Source: a virus. From it: 64,000 nt of DNA. The notes under the pieces are model-generated. The model did not search any database. It was not told the DNA's origin and saw only the letters and a list, made by a program, of their open reading frames with translations. Below are positions 39,414 through 49,121 of the stretch, in pieces (the stretch's first letter is position 1; every line of letters begins with the position of its first letter). Position numbers and translations under genes: made by a program. Where the stretch lies: the IMG/VR virus record IMGVR_UViG_3300010412_000003, positions 20,547-84,546 of that record; one strand, 5' to 3'.

Positions 39414-40016
39414 TTATTCTTGTAATCTATTCTGTTTTAAATCCTCAGATGCCTCCACAAAACTAAATCCAGCTTTCTGTGAAATTGCTGAAATTAAATT
39501 CATATTCAAAACTTCACCATCTGCTAATTTATTTACAATCATGGTATGAATAAGCTCTTTTTGTCTTGGGTTTGCAGAAGCATAAATTTCTAATGCAGAT
39601 GCATCAGCATTTGTATCAAAAATTTTAACAATCTGATCTTCCCCAATAATTTTTTCATAAGCTTCATAAAGACCATGTTCTCTAATTACTCTCGAATCAG
39701 CAATATAGAAAAATCCAGATTCAAGAAATCCACTATTATTTTCCATGATCAAAACAAGATCAGAATATAAAAATTTCTTTCTTTCACCAAATCTTTTAAA
39801 TGTAAAAACTTTTCCTCTGCCAAACCCCAATGTAGATAATGTTAGCTGGACAGGGCATAAGCTGATTACAGTAATATAATCATCTGGTCTAAGTTTTTCT
39901 ACCTGCTGTTCCCCCTCTAATTCAAGCAAACGTGCTTGAAGTCTTTCAACCTCTTGAAGTAATTCATCCTTCTTAAGAGAAGAGAGGTTTTGTGTTTCAT
40001 TTTTCGTGTTCATCAT
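39414..40016 (-). CDS. hypothetical head-module protein
   Basis: directly downstream of the capsid gene. Confidence 0.6.
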   Translation of the reverse strand: MMNTKNETQNLSSLKKDELLQEVERLQARLLELEGEQQVEKLRPDDYITVISLCPVQLTLSTLGFGRGKVFTFKRFGERKKFLYSDLVLIMENNSGFLESGFFYIADSRVIREHGLYEAYEKIIGEDQIVKIFDTNADASALEIYASANPRQKELIHTMIVNKLADGEVLNMNLISAISQKAGFSFVEASEDLKQNRLQE

Positions 40017-40047
40017 ATCCTTTAGAATTTAAAATTTATTTTATTTT

Positions 40048-40078
40048 ATCTTGGTGGGGTTTTTCACCCCACCAAGAT
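40048..40078 (-). terminator. hairpin after major capsid gene
   Basis: ATCTTGGTGGGGT/ACCCCACCAAGAT. Confidence 0.7.
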
Positions 40079-40094
40079 TTGCACCTTGCAAAAA

Positions 40095-41213
40095 CTAGGC
40101 AAGCGTGATGATACCAGCCAAAGCATTTGTTGCAATAGCAGTACCCCAAGCTTTGTAAAGAGTTGCATCCTGAGTCAAATTTGCTCTGTCATACATACCA
40201 GAAACATTGCTAAGAGTTGCACCTTCAAGAACCAGTTTCACCAGTTTGTTAGCAGACGGAGACAGAACATAAACATTGTTATCATCAAGCATCAGCTTGA
40301 ATTCAGTTCTCCAATCAGCAACTTGAGGCAAAGCCATTACATCATAACCAAAAGCAGTTCTGATGTAGCCGACTTTCACAAAATCGCTCTGGAAATCATA
40401 GCGATAATTTGAATCTGCTGGAAGAATGTTCTGCAAAGCAAGCTGAGTACCAGCAACAATTGCTCTCTGACCACCATTCCAAGCAGAAACCTTCTGAGCC
40501 AAAGCAACAAGGGTTGCCTGAGTGTATCCAGCATATCTCAAAGCATCATCACCAGCATTGTCAAGAGCTTCCATAGCAGTATTGAAAACAGAAAAGACAT
40601 CACGAGTCACTTCGCTTTCAATTGACATAATAGCCTTGGCAACAAATTCTGCCAACGATTCTTTTCCAGCCAAAACTTTGTAAAGAGCAACCTGAACACT
40701 GATCTGACGATTTTCAGGAAGAACAGTCACCTGTCCAGAAAATTGTTTTCTCATTTCAGCAGTTCTCTGCGCTCTGCCAGCCTTGCTGATTACAAACAGG
40801 TCTCTTGGCTTGACTTCAAAAGAAGCACTATCACCAAAACCAATAGCTCTAACATCAGTATACAGACCGATTGACTCGATCAGAGACTGAGGAAGAACCA
40901 TATCAATCATTGCAGAAATAACTGCAAAGGTAGCCCAACGAATTGAAGGGTGATTTGCCCACTGCTCAATTGGGAAAGCATCCAGTGTCGAAACACTGGC
41001 ATGTTTCATAATTTCATTTTTAAGAGCAAGATTCATTTGCTCTTCTTTCTCAGCAAAAGAGATAGGTGTACCATCTTCTTTCACTTTCATAAATTCAACA
41101 TTAGTCGCACCATTCAGTGCTTTATAATGATTCCAATAATCTTGAAACATAATATATGGTTTCAAGCCTTCGTCACCTAATGCAAAAGTTTTAATGTTAT
41201 CGGGAACTCTCAT
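40095..41213 (-). CDS. major capsid protein
   Basis: 372 aa, position after scaffold and decoration genes, AGGAGG RBS, followed by a hairpin. Confidence 0.8.
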   Translation of the reverse strand: MRVPDNIKTFALGDEGLKPYIMFQDYWNHYKALNGATNVEFMKVKEDGTPISFAEKEEQMNLALKNEIMKHASVSTLDAFPIEQWANHPSIRWATFAVISAMIDMVLPQSLIESIGLYTDVRAIGFGDSASFEVKPRDLFVISKAGRAQRTAEMRKQFSGQVTVLPENRQISVQVALYKVLAGKESLAEFVAKAIMSIESEVTRDVFSVFNTAMEALDNAGDDALRYAGYTQATLVALAQKVSAWNGGQRAIVAGTQLALQNILPADSNYRYDFQSDFVKVGYIRTAFGYDVMALPQVADWRTEFKLMLDDNNVYVLSPSANKLVKLVLEGATLSNVSGMYDRANLTQDATLYKAWGTAIATNALAGIITLA

Positions 41214-41270
41214 GTATAAATCCTCCTAAATCCTTCATCAATATTATATTTGTATATATGGTAAAAACCA

Positions 41271-41804
41271 CTAAGCAATTGCTACAACTTCAAATTGGTA
41301 AGCGGTAACTCTCTGAGTTCCGATAGAACCAAGACCGATTGAAATATAGGTCGTTCCAAGCAATTTGAGGGATAGACCAGACACTGCGCTTGCACCCCAA
41401 TTCAACTGATAATCGGCATTGGTTGCAACAACAAAAGTGTTGGTTGATTTAGTGCCAGTAATTACATCATCAGTTAAAGTGATAATATCACCAATCTGAG
41501 GTTTGAAGCATGAAATTGGGTCTCCAATAGCATGAGCAAAGTTACGTGGGTCAGGGTCGAGACCTCTATACTGAGCATTCGTGTCAACGATTTCAGGCGA
41601 GTATGCCATCCACAGATGAGTCAAATTAGCACCAGTTGCAGGTTGAACTGCTGTCCACATTTCAGTTTCACCTTCGCCAGTTTCTTTTCCAGAAAGAGCA
41701 AACACCATACCATTCTCAATCAGTGCGCTCGATTTTGCGGTTCTGTTCAAAGCATCAATATTCATTGCCTGAACTTTATCTAAAACTACTACTCCATAAG
41801 CCAT
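41271..41804 (-). CDS. capsid decoration/cement protein
   Basis: ENG motif, beta-rich 177 aa directly upstream of MCP. Confidence 0.6.
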   Translation of the reverse strand: MAYGVVVLDKVQAMNIDALNRTAKSSALIENGMVFALSGKETGEGETEMWTAVQPATGANLTHLWMAYSPEIVDTNAQYRGLDPDPRNFAHAIGDPISCFKPQIGDIITLTDDVITGTKSTNTFVVATNADYQLNWGASAVSGLSLKLLGTTYISIGLGSIGTQRVTAYQFEVVAIA

Positions 41805-41824
41805 AATTTAAAATCCTCCTAAAA

Positions 41825-43633
41825 TTATTTCCATAAACTTTTATGATTTTCCGATTTGCCAGAGTCAAACGGCATACCGATTACGATAAAATCTTTATTT
41901 TTTTTATCCTTGCCAATGCTGGATTCAAATGCCATTGATCTGACATAATTTTTCCAAGCATCCAGAGTGTCAAGAGAATATTCTTGTGATTTAACACGAA
42001 TCTCTGCAATCTGTTCTGATGTAAGAAATTCCGAAACTTCTGATACAATCTGCTCTACCTGAAATTCGAACTGTTTCTTTTCAACAGCTTCTTTATATTC
42101 TCGAAGCTCTTTTGCTTCTTCTTCAACAAAAACAAACTTTGCAAACAAAGAATTTACAAAACCAATCATTTCCTTAGAAATCTGTAATTCTTTTACTTCG
42201 CTTGCAACACCATCACCAACAAGTTCAAAGAGTTTTTCAGAATATTCCAAAGATTCAAGTGTCATATAAGGTTCTTCATCTTCTTCACTCTCTTCCTTTT
42301 CTTCTTCCTTCTCTTCCTCTTCTTCCTCTGCCATTTCAGTTTCTTGAGGCTTTTCTTCCTCTTCCTCTGCCATTTCAGTTTCTTGAGGTTCTTCTTGAGG
42401 CTTTTCTTCCTCAAATTCTACGTTGGTTTCTACTGGCGTGTCTTGAGTTTCTTGAAGTTCATCCTCGGTCTCGAAGACCTTTTTCTCTTCCTTTTCCATA
42501 AAACTCATTTCCTCCGTTTTTTCTGTGGGCATATCATCAATACTATTTTTCTTTATCCATTTCCCATTTTTTACAATGTGGGTTTTTTTGAAATTAGAAA
42601 TTGCAATTGCCCATCCGTTTTTTTCGCCATCTACGCCAATTGCTTCTGCTTGCCTCGCAATTGAGTTGGCTTGAGCTAATGTAACAGGGGGTTCAATTCC
42701 CCTGATTGCTGAATTAGCCTCTTTTAAACTTTTATAAACAAACATTTTGTTAATTTTTCCCATGTCAATGTCTCTGATTTCAGATTGTAAATCAGAAGAC
42801 CATTCCATTCCAGCACTCCCCCCATGAAGAATATAATCTAAAAATTTTTCACCATCCTCTTCAAATGGAACAGATTCAAGATTAGAAAAATACCCACTTA
42901 AATATTTTATTTTTTGTGGGGTAGCGAACTTTCTCTGTGATAAGAATTTTGCTGTGGAGACAGCAACACTCGTACCACGATAAGATTGATTTTTTCTAAG
43001 CTCCAATCCCCTTAGTGCATTTTTTTTAACTTGTTCTGGAATTGAAAAGTTCAATCTTGAGTATTTGCTAAAAAATTCTTCCTTATCCTCTTCTTCTTGA
43101 AAGCTTAGAATTTGGACATGAGCATTTGGACTTGCTTCTGTTACATATTTTCCAAGAACAGCTATTGCAGTATATGAAAAATCAAGCATCTTTTCTAGTC
43201 CAGTTTTTTCATCTTTCTCTGTCTCGAATAATTCCATTTCAACAGAAACTTTTCTTTTATTCTCAAGGTCTCTTTTGAAAACACTCATAAATTTCCTAGA
43301 GTATCTTTTCCATATTTTTGCAATGACCATAAGACCAATTCTTCCATCTTCTAATTCTTCAAAGCTGGCACTATTGGGAACAACAAATCCAGCAATAAAT
43401 GGTTGTTTTGCATGACCTTTGAAATCTTCGAACATATCATCATAATCAAAAACAACTGGTTTTTCAAAAATTGTGGGTGCTGTTCTTTGCAATGTTTCAA
43501 TATCACAGGTCATTTCATGTCTGTTTACACCACTGGAAAAAGCATGTATTTTGGCAACAGCAAAGTTTGGGTCTGACGCTTCGGAAATTTCTTCAACACT
43601 ATTTATTTCAAATGCAATCTTTTTATTCGTCAT
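41825..43633 (-). CDS. prohead protease/scaffold fusion protein
   Basis: N-terminal protease-like domain (GH, SVEM, LG....P), Glu-rich linker, coiled-coil C-terminus. Confidence 0.75.
   Translation of the reverse strand: MTNKKIAFEINSVEEISEASDPNFAVAKIHAFSSGVNRHEMTCDIETLQRTAPTIFEKPVVFDYDDMFEDFKGHAKQPFIAGFVVPNSASFEELEDGRIGLMVIAKIWKRYSRKFMSVFKRDLENKRKVSVEMELFETEKDEKTGLEKMLDFSYTAIAVLGKYVTEASPNAHVQILSFQEEEDKEEFFSKYSRLNFSIPEQVKKNALRGLELRKNQSYRGTSVAVSTAKFLSQRKFATPQKIKYLSGYFSNLESVPFEEDGEKFLDYILHGGSAGMEWSSDLQSEIRDIDMGKINKMFVYKSLKEANSAIRGIEPPVTLAQANSIARQAEAIGVDGEKNGWAIAISNFKKTHIVKNGKWIKKNSIDDMPTEKTEEMSFMEKEEKKVFETEDELQETQDTPVETNVEFEEEKPQEEPQETEMAEEEEEKPQETEMAEEEEEEKEEEKEESEEDEEPYMTLESLEYSEKLFELVGDGVASEVKELQISKEMIGFVNSLFAKFVFVEEEAKELREYKEAVEKKQFEFQVEQIVSEVSEFLTSEQIAEIRVKSQEYSLDTLDAWKNYVRSMAFESSIGKDKKNKDFIVIGMPFDSGKSENHKSLWK
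42316..42412. repeat. 39-bp period direct repeat encoding EEEKPQETEMAEEE
   Basis: TCTTCCTCTGCCATTTCAGTTTCTTGAGG at 42321 and 42360. Confidence 0.8.
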
Positions 43634-43641
43634 TAAACCTC

Positions 43642-43839
43642 CTACAACTTTACTACCATTTTAATATAAAATGGCGCACTACCATATACAGACAAAAACT
43701 TTTTTGTTTTCTTAAAAATATATCTATTATCTTTTATTGAAAATAGGGGAACTCCCCTTTTTATAAAATAATCAGATACCAATTTTGTACAACTTGCATA
43801 GTTTTCATCCAAAATATATTTTTCTGGATTAATTATCAT
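43642..43839 (-). CDS. hypothetical protein
   Basis: GGAGG RBS. Confidence 0.55.
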   Translation of the reverse strand: MIINPEKYILDENYASCTKLVSDYFIKRGVPLFSIKDNRYIFKKTKKFLSVYGSAPFYIKMVVKL

Positions 43840-43850
43840 TTAAATACCTC

Positions 43851-44336
43851 CTAACCTAAAGAGGCATCATATAACAATATTGCTTTCCAGTCATTACCAA
43901 GTATTTCAGCCTTATCTAAAAATGTAAGTGCCTCTTCATACTCATGTTGTTGAAGTGAAATCATTTCTCTAATTTTTTCCTCAACAACAGGATTTCTTTC
44001 ATCAATTGCCAACTCTTTGATAACATTCAAACTTTCTGTAGTTTGTATTTCCCTATCAGCATACATTTTTGCTATCTCCATAAAAGAGACTTCACCCAAC
44101 CTAAATTCATCTATTGTTGGAGCATCAAATGGGGAGTTTAAATCTGTTAGCAAATTTAAAATAATTTGAGCATGATTTTGTTCTTCCTGATGTTGACCTT
44201 GAAATAATTTGGCAATATTATCAAGACCTTTATTTTTAAAAAAAGCCATGATTGTAATATATATATGTGAGTTGAAAACTTCATGTCCCCATTGTTCAAT
44301 TAGGGCATTGTTTAGCTCTTCACTTATTAATCTCAT
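43851..44336 (-). CDS. ftnA: non-heme ferritin (FtnA-like)
   Basis: L..Q..HE, Y, EE..HA, E..TT..LN, Q..E ferroxidase pattern. Confidence 0.85.
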   Translation of the reverse strand: MRLISEELNNALIEQWGHEVFNSHIYITIMAFFKNKGLDNIAKLFQGQHQEEQNHAQIILNLLTDLNSPFDAPTIDEFRLGEVSFMEIAKMYADREIQTTESLNVIKELAIDERNPVVEEKIREMISLQQHEYEEALTFLDKAEILGNDWKAILLYDASLG

Positions 44337-44370
44337 TATGATCTCACTTTCAATTTGGTAAAATCTCCTT

Positions 44371-44682
44371 TTACCAAACCAAATACATTAAAACATCACC
44401 TGCTGTTACCGCATAGGTTACACCACCATCAGAAACAGTCAGATCACCACCACTTGCTGTTACAATAGCATCTTCCATTACATTTACGCCTGATCTGTAA
44501 ATCTGAACAAACCATCCAGAAATAGCAGACAGTCCAGTTGCAATAACCATATCGCCATCAGTATCATCCTGTGCAACTGCCGTATAAGTACCCTTAACTC
44601 CCAATTCACTTCCTAAACTTGTAAGTTGAGCCACTTTACACATGCTATTTAGCTTGCTAATTTCACTTGCCGTTAAAGTCAT
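44371..44682 (-). CDS. putative head decoration protein
   Basis: beta-rich, AGGAGG RBS, head module. Confidence 0.5.
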   Translation of the reverse strand: MTLTASEISKLNSMCKVAQLTSLGSELGVKGTYTAVAQDDTDGDMVIATGLSAISGWFVQIYRSGVNVMEDAIVTASGGDLTVSDGGVTYAVTAGDVLMYLVW

Positions 44683-44713
44683 AGTTTAAATCCTCCTAAA
44701 ATAAAATAATTTT

Positions 44714-46309
44714 TTAAATATTCCCACCCTTCGAAATATTCCCACCATCTTCCCTAGTTTGACTTCCAGAATCTGTCAATTCAGATGCTGGTTTTCTAGG
44801 TCTTCCAGTCTCACCCTCGGAAACACCAGCAATACCACCCACATTTACCAAGGGAGTCAGTTTGTCAATAAAACCATCAGCTTCACCCATTTCCATTAAT
44901 CTAATCATATCATGATAATTCATTCCAAGTGATGCGCTAATTTTTTGAGGGAGAATGATTCCCTTGTCGGAAAGTCTCATTTGTCTTTCAAACCTTCTAT
45001 CTTTGTTAGTAGAAAATTCTGTTCCTTCAAGAATAAATTTAAATTTATATCTTTTTGTAAGTTTATTTACTTGATATTCAAGAAAATCTTCAAACATTGG
45101 ATAGGCATACTCAACCAAATATTCATCAACATCAATAGATAATTGAGATTCAATTGCATTTGGCTTTTCGGTTGAAAAAATTAAACGACTATTTATTCCA
45201 GAACTTGCTGTGGTTGTTTTTAAATAATCATCATACATATTTCTTTCATCTGATGGAAAGGAAATAGCTTGAACATCTTCTAATGGTGCGGAAGCAACTT
45301 TAATATTTTTATACAAACCTTTGCTTATTAGCCCCAAAAACTTACCCAATAATTCTGGACTAACTGCCACTTGATCTTTTGTAACAGAACCCTTTACATC
45401 CCTTTGCATTAATGGAACTTGACCAAAAAGAATCTTTGTTGCTGAAATAATATTTGAATCTTTTTGTAAATTTCTAATCAATGGTTGTAAAGCCAAGTCT
45501 GGAAATAAAGCACTCAGATATGGAATTCTAGTAATAAGTTCTGGCGATAACTTCCATGCCCAAAATCCATCTACTGGACTTGTGTCAACCCAATTTGCAA
45601 ATTGATTTTCTTTTCTTCCGCTAATATTCAAAGATGGAATATATTCTGAGTTTCCATCAAAATAATTGCTATACATTTCTTTGAAAATTGGTGGATACAT
45701 ATTTATATCAATGCCAGAATTTCTAAACCAATTAAAATCAAAAGAATAAAGCAACCCATAATCCCATCTTCCATCTATTTTGCAATAGCGATTTGGAAGT
45801 TCTTGAATTGTATATCTTTGTCCATCGTCACGAAAGATACCAAAAAAAACTTCTTGCCTTAGAAGTTGGGTCATTATTAGCTTGAACTCTTTTTTATGAT
45901 TGAATTTATCTAAAAAGTCATAAACAACATTTTGATCATTCTTGAATGTTCTTTTTGAAAAATCTTCTTTTTGAGCATTAGTTGGTATAACAACCAAATC
46001 AAAAGAAAGCATTTTAGCTAAATAATGCAACATTCTTTTATATGGCATTGATGTTAATTCAAAATGTTCTGAAAATCCAGCAAGAAATTCTTCGTTGCTT
46101 TTTGGAGTTTTTAATGCGGTTTCAACTTTTTCTACAGTTGCTTCAATTGGATTCAGAGTTATATCTTGCATTCTCTGATTCATAAGAATTGGTGTGAGAA
46201 CTTGCCCCATAATTTGACCAGATGTAATACTGTCTGCAAATTTAAGAACATCCCAAACTTCTTGCTCTGTAAGCTCTTCTTCACTTAATCTTTCATCATT
46301 TTCTGTCAT
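44714..46309 (-). CDS. portal protein
   Basis: 531 aa directly after TerL; C-terminal GRP...E motif. Confidence 0.82.
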   Translation of the reverse strand: MTENDERLSEEELTEQEVWDVLKFADSITSGQIMGQVLTPILMNQRMQDITLNPIEATVEKVETALKTPKSNEEFLAGFSEHFELTSMPYKRMLHYLAKMLSFDLVVIPTNAQKEDFSKRTFKNDQNVVYDFLDKFNHKKEFKLIMTQLLRQEVFFGIFRDDGQRYTIQELPNRYCKIDGRWDYGLLYSFDFNWFRNSGIDINMYPPIFKEMYSNYFDGNSEYIPSLNISGRKENQFANWVDTSPVDGFWAWKLSPELITRIPYLSALFPDLALQPLIRNLQKDSNIISATKILFGQVPLMQRDVKGSVTKDQVAVSPELLGKFLGLISKGLYKNIKVASAPLEDVQAISFPSDERNMYDDYLKTTTASSGINSRLIFSTEKPNAIESQLSIDVDEYLVEYAYPMFEDFLEYQVNKLTKRYKFKFILEGTEFSTNKDRRFERQMRLSDKGIILPQKISASLGMNYHDMIRLMEMGEADGFIDKLTPLVNVGGIAGVSEGETGRPRKPASELTDSGSQTREDGGNISKGGNI

Positions 46310-46332
46310 TCACTTAACCTCCTTTCCAAAAT

Positions 46333-48066
46333 TTACCAAAGACCTGTCACACTTAACATTTCTTCTTCATCGTTTTCTTCTTCATCTTTTAATAATTCTT
46401 GATCTAACAATGATGCGAAATAATTGGCGTAAGAAACAGCAGTATAACGATCTTTTCTAGCACCAGAAGGTTCAACAAGTTTAATATTTCCACCTGATAA
46501 AACCATTGATAAACTAATACATTCATTGATAAACAATTTTGTTTGAACATATGGATGTAATAAAAATGTTTTCTCAGATAAACCATCTGTTGTTTTAAAA
46601 TATTTATTATTATTTTTTATCAAAAAATCTTGTGCATCTGTTTCATCCACAAGAATTGAAAATAATCTTTTTTGCAACCTATCTCTCATTGAAACAGCAA
46701 TATCATTATTTAACTTAGCACCTGCTGAAATTGGAAAAACATTTGGAACTGCGTTCATTGATAATGTTCTTTCAAACAATTCATCATATGTTGATTTATC
46801 AATAAATGGATGGTACATAACCGTATATGCATCATAAGATAATCCCCTCTCTGCATCTTCTGTAATCACACCCAACTGATCATATAATGAAATTCCATTT
46901 TGAGCCAAGTCTAAAACAAAATAATCTGCATTAAAATCATGATATATCTGTTTAACTCTAAGAGTTTGTACAAGGGTATTTTCACCATTATGCGATTCTA
47001 AATAAACTAACATTCTTTCATAACCCTTGTGTGTTGGTATCAAACGTACACATGCTATAATTGTATTATCGTTTGCCTTACCTGCTCTTGTTGCAACATC
47101 AACACTAACTAACCTTACCTCACCCTCAACCTTTTGAAGATCATATGGATTTTTCTTTGGATTGTAATCAACAGTTCTCTGCGGATAAAATGCAATCTTT
47201 ATTTTTTTTGCAACTTCAAACATTCCCAATTTGAAATAAGCATCAGTTGCTTCTCCATATGGAATATTTTCATACTCCTGTGAGAATGTCAAAGAATCCA
47301 TATCACGTTTTTCACGTTGAATTTGACTTACAGTTTTAATACCATGTTTAATAGCTGTTAGATAGTCTGTTGCAAGAAACCCAACATTTTTACCCTCAAC
47401 CATTGCTTTTATAGTATCCAAAGTTGTCTTATACCACCACAAACTTTTATGGTAAGCAGATGATATAAAAGCTTCCTTTGGTTCTTCTTTTAAATGAGAG
47501 TAAATTGGATTTTTTAAATATGGTGGTTGTCTAACAAATGCAAAAGGTCTAATAACTGCATCCAAAATGTTCTTGTCAATTAGCCTAAATTCTTCATAGA
47601 TGGTAAATGTAGCACGTTTTCCACGACTACTATCACGACTAGCCACAACCACCATTCGACTTCCATTGTGAAACTCGACCTCATATTTATTCAAGTTTGT
47701 TGTAATACTTCTAATTTCTCTTTGAACATTTGGATAGTTGTCATTAAGCTCTTTTACTTTTTCTGAAACTATATTTCCAGCCTGTTCTTTTGTTGAACTA
47801 ACAATTACTATTTTTGAATTTGGATATAATATAGCCCTAGCAACAGCAAACACTGCAATTAACCAAGACTTTCCGACAGCACGACTAGCAATAGCAACCA
47901 TAGCATCAAAAACACCCATTAGGTAAATCCAAATGATTTGATATGGGTAGAGTTTTATTTGTAAATAATGTTCAACAAATCTATGCACATTTCTGCGATA
48001 ATATGTAATCCAATCAATTCTTCTCTCTCTAGTTTTTTGCTCAAATTCCTGAGACTTTCTAGCCAT
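46333..48066 (-). CDS. terL: terminase large subunit
   Basis: ASRAVGKS Walker A, YEEFR Walker B, nuclease DVA...ND, KDRYTA. Confidence 0.92.
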   Translation of the reverse strand: MARKSQEFEQKTRERRIDWITYYRRNVHRFVEHYLQIKLYPYQIIWIYLMGVFDAMVAIASRAVGKSWLIAVFAVARAILYPNSKIVIVSSTKEQAGNIVSEKVKELNDNYPNVQREIRSITTNLNKYEVEFHNGSRMVVVASRDSSRGKRATFTIYEEFRLIDKNILDAVIRPFAFVRQPPYLKNPIYSHLKEEPKEAFISSAYHKSLWWYKTTLDTIKAMVEGKNVGFLATDYLTAIKHGIKTVSQIQREKRDMDSLTFSQEYENIPYGEATDAYFKLGMFEVAKKIKIAFYPQRTVDYNPKKNPYDLQKVEGEVRLVSVDVATRAGKANDNTIIACVRLIPTHKGYERMLVYLESHNGENTLVQTLRVKQIYHDFNADYFVLDLAQNGISLYDQLGVITEDAERGLSYDAYTVMYHPFIDKSTYDELFERTLSMNAVPNVFPISAGAKLNNDIAVSMRDRLQKRLFSILVDETDAQDFLIKNNNKYFKTTDGLSEKTFLLHPYVQTKLFINECISLSMVLSGGNIKLVEPSGARKDRYTAVSYANYFASLLDQELLKDEEENDEEEMLSVTGLW

Positions 48067-49028
48067 TATTCTTCATCCTCAAAATAATCAACATCTTGAA
48101 GCTGAATATCTCCATCTTCTTGAACATTAAAATCCCTAGAGCCAGTAATAAAGTTTCTGATTGGTCTTACAAAATAATCCTCAAAATATTGACTAAGATT
48201 GTCCATATCCTTGAACAATTCATGCTTATCGTGCCACTCAGCAGGAGTCAACTCTTCTATATCTTTTATCCATAAACCAAATGCCTCTGTGCTTTTATTG
48301 GCATTTGCTGTATTTGCAATATTTGGAGATATTGCCAAGCTTTTCATAATTTCCTGTAATGCTTTTACGTGAGAAGCAGTTGCCTTATTTTGCTGTCTTG
48401 CTTTTTGAATATCCAACAGCACAAAACAAACTTCCTTTAAAAGAACTAATTCGGAATATGTATCACTTTTATGTGTTTTTTTGAAATTTGCAAGTTCTGA
48501 TTCCAAAAATTGGTAATCTGTTGGGTCAAGACCTGCCCCCCAAAATTCAACTAAATCATAATGTTCTTCACCAACCTCTGGCTGTATTGCATCATAAACA
48601 TCTGGACTTGGTTCTTCAAAATATGTTGGCTGTGATGGGTTTAACCTTGCAAAAACACCAACTTTGCTTTTGTAAAATCCAAATGCATTATCAATATCTT
48701 CTCCACCTTTACGCCTATTTTCAATCCATGTCCTAGTTGCATCAATTGCAGAATCCATATATGCAACATTAAAAATTCTACAAGTTTTTAAAATGGAAGT
48801 TTCCAAATTTGGTTCAACATTGTAAACACTCATAAAGACTTCTGAAATACATGGTTTGCAAACACTCATATATCCATTTTTGTCAAGAACTTGATCTGTT
48901 GCTTCATAAAAAAGTCTAGGTGGTAATTCTTGTTGGCATCTTCTGCAATAGATGTGATCTAAAATCTTCCCATCAGGAGTCTTGAATATTTTGGTGCTAG
49001 GTCTACCTGCACCTTTTTTATTTGCCAT
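48066..49028 (-). CDS. putative terminase small subunit / Zn-finger protein
   Basis: CRRC...CKPC, translationally coupled to TerL. Confidence 0.55.
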   Translation of the reverse strand: MANKKGAGRPSTKIFKTPDGKILDHIYCRRCQQELPPRLFYEATDQVLDKNGYMSVCKPCISEVFMSVYNVEPNLETSILKTCRIFNVAYMDSAIDATRTWIENRRKGGEDIDNAFGFYKSKVGVFARLNPSQPTYFEEPSPDVYDAIQPEVGEEHYDLVEFWGAGLDPTDYQFLESELANFKKTHKSDTYSELVLLKEVCFVLLDIQKARQQNKATASHVKALQEIMKSLAISPNIANTANANKSTEAFGLWIKDIEELTPAEWHDKHELFKDMDNLSQYFEDYFVRPIRNFITGSRDFNVQEDGDIQLQDVDYFEDEE

Positions 49029-49046
49029 GTAAAACCTCCACGAATC

Positions 49047-49074
49047 AAAAAAGACTATGAACCCATAGTCTTTT
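49047..49074 (-). terminator. hairpin/terminator
   Basis: AAAAGACTATG/CATAGTCTTTT. Confidence 0.5.
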
Positions 49075-49121
49075 AAAATACATTGTTTTTAATATTTAAT
49101 ACAAGTTTAATATAATTGTTA

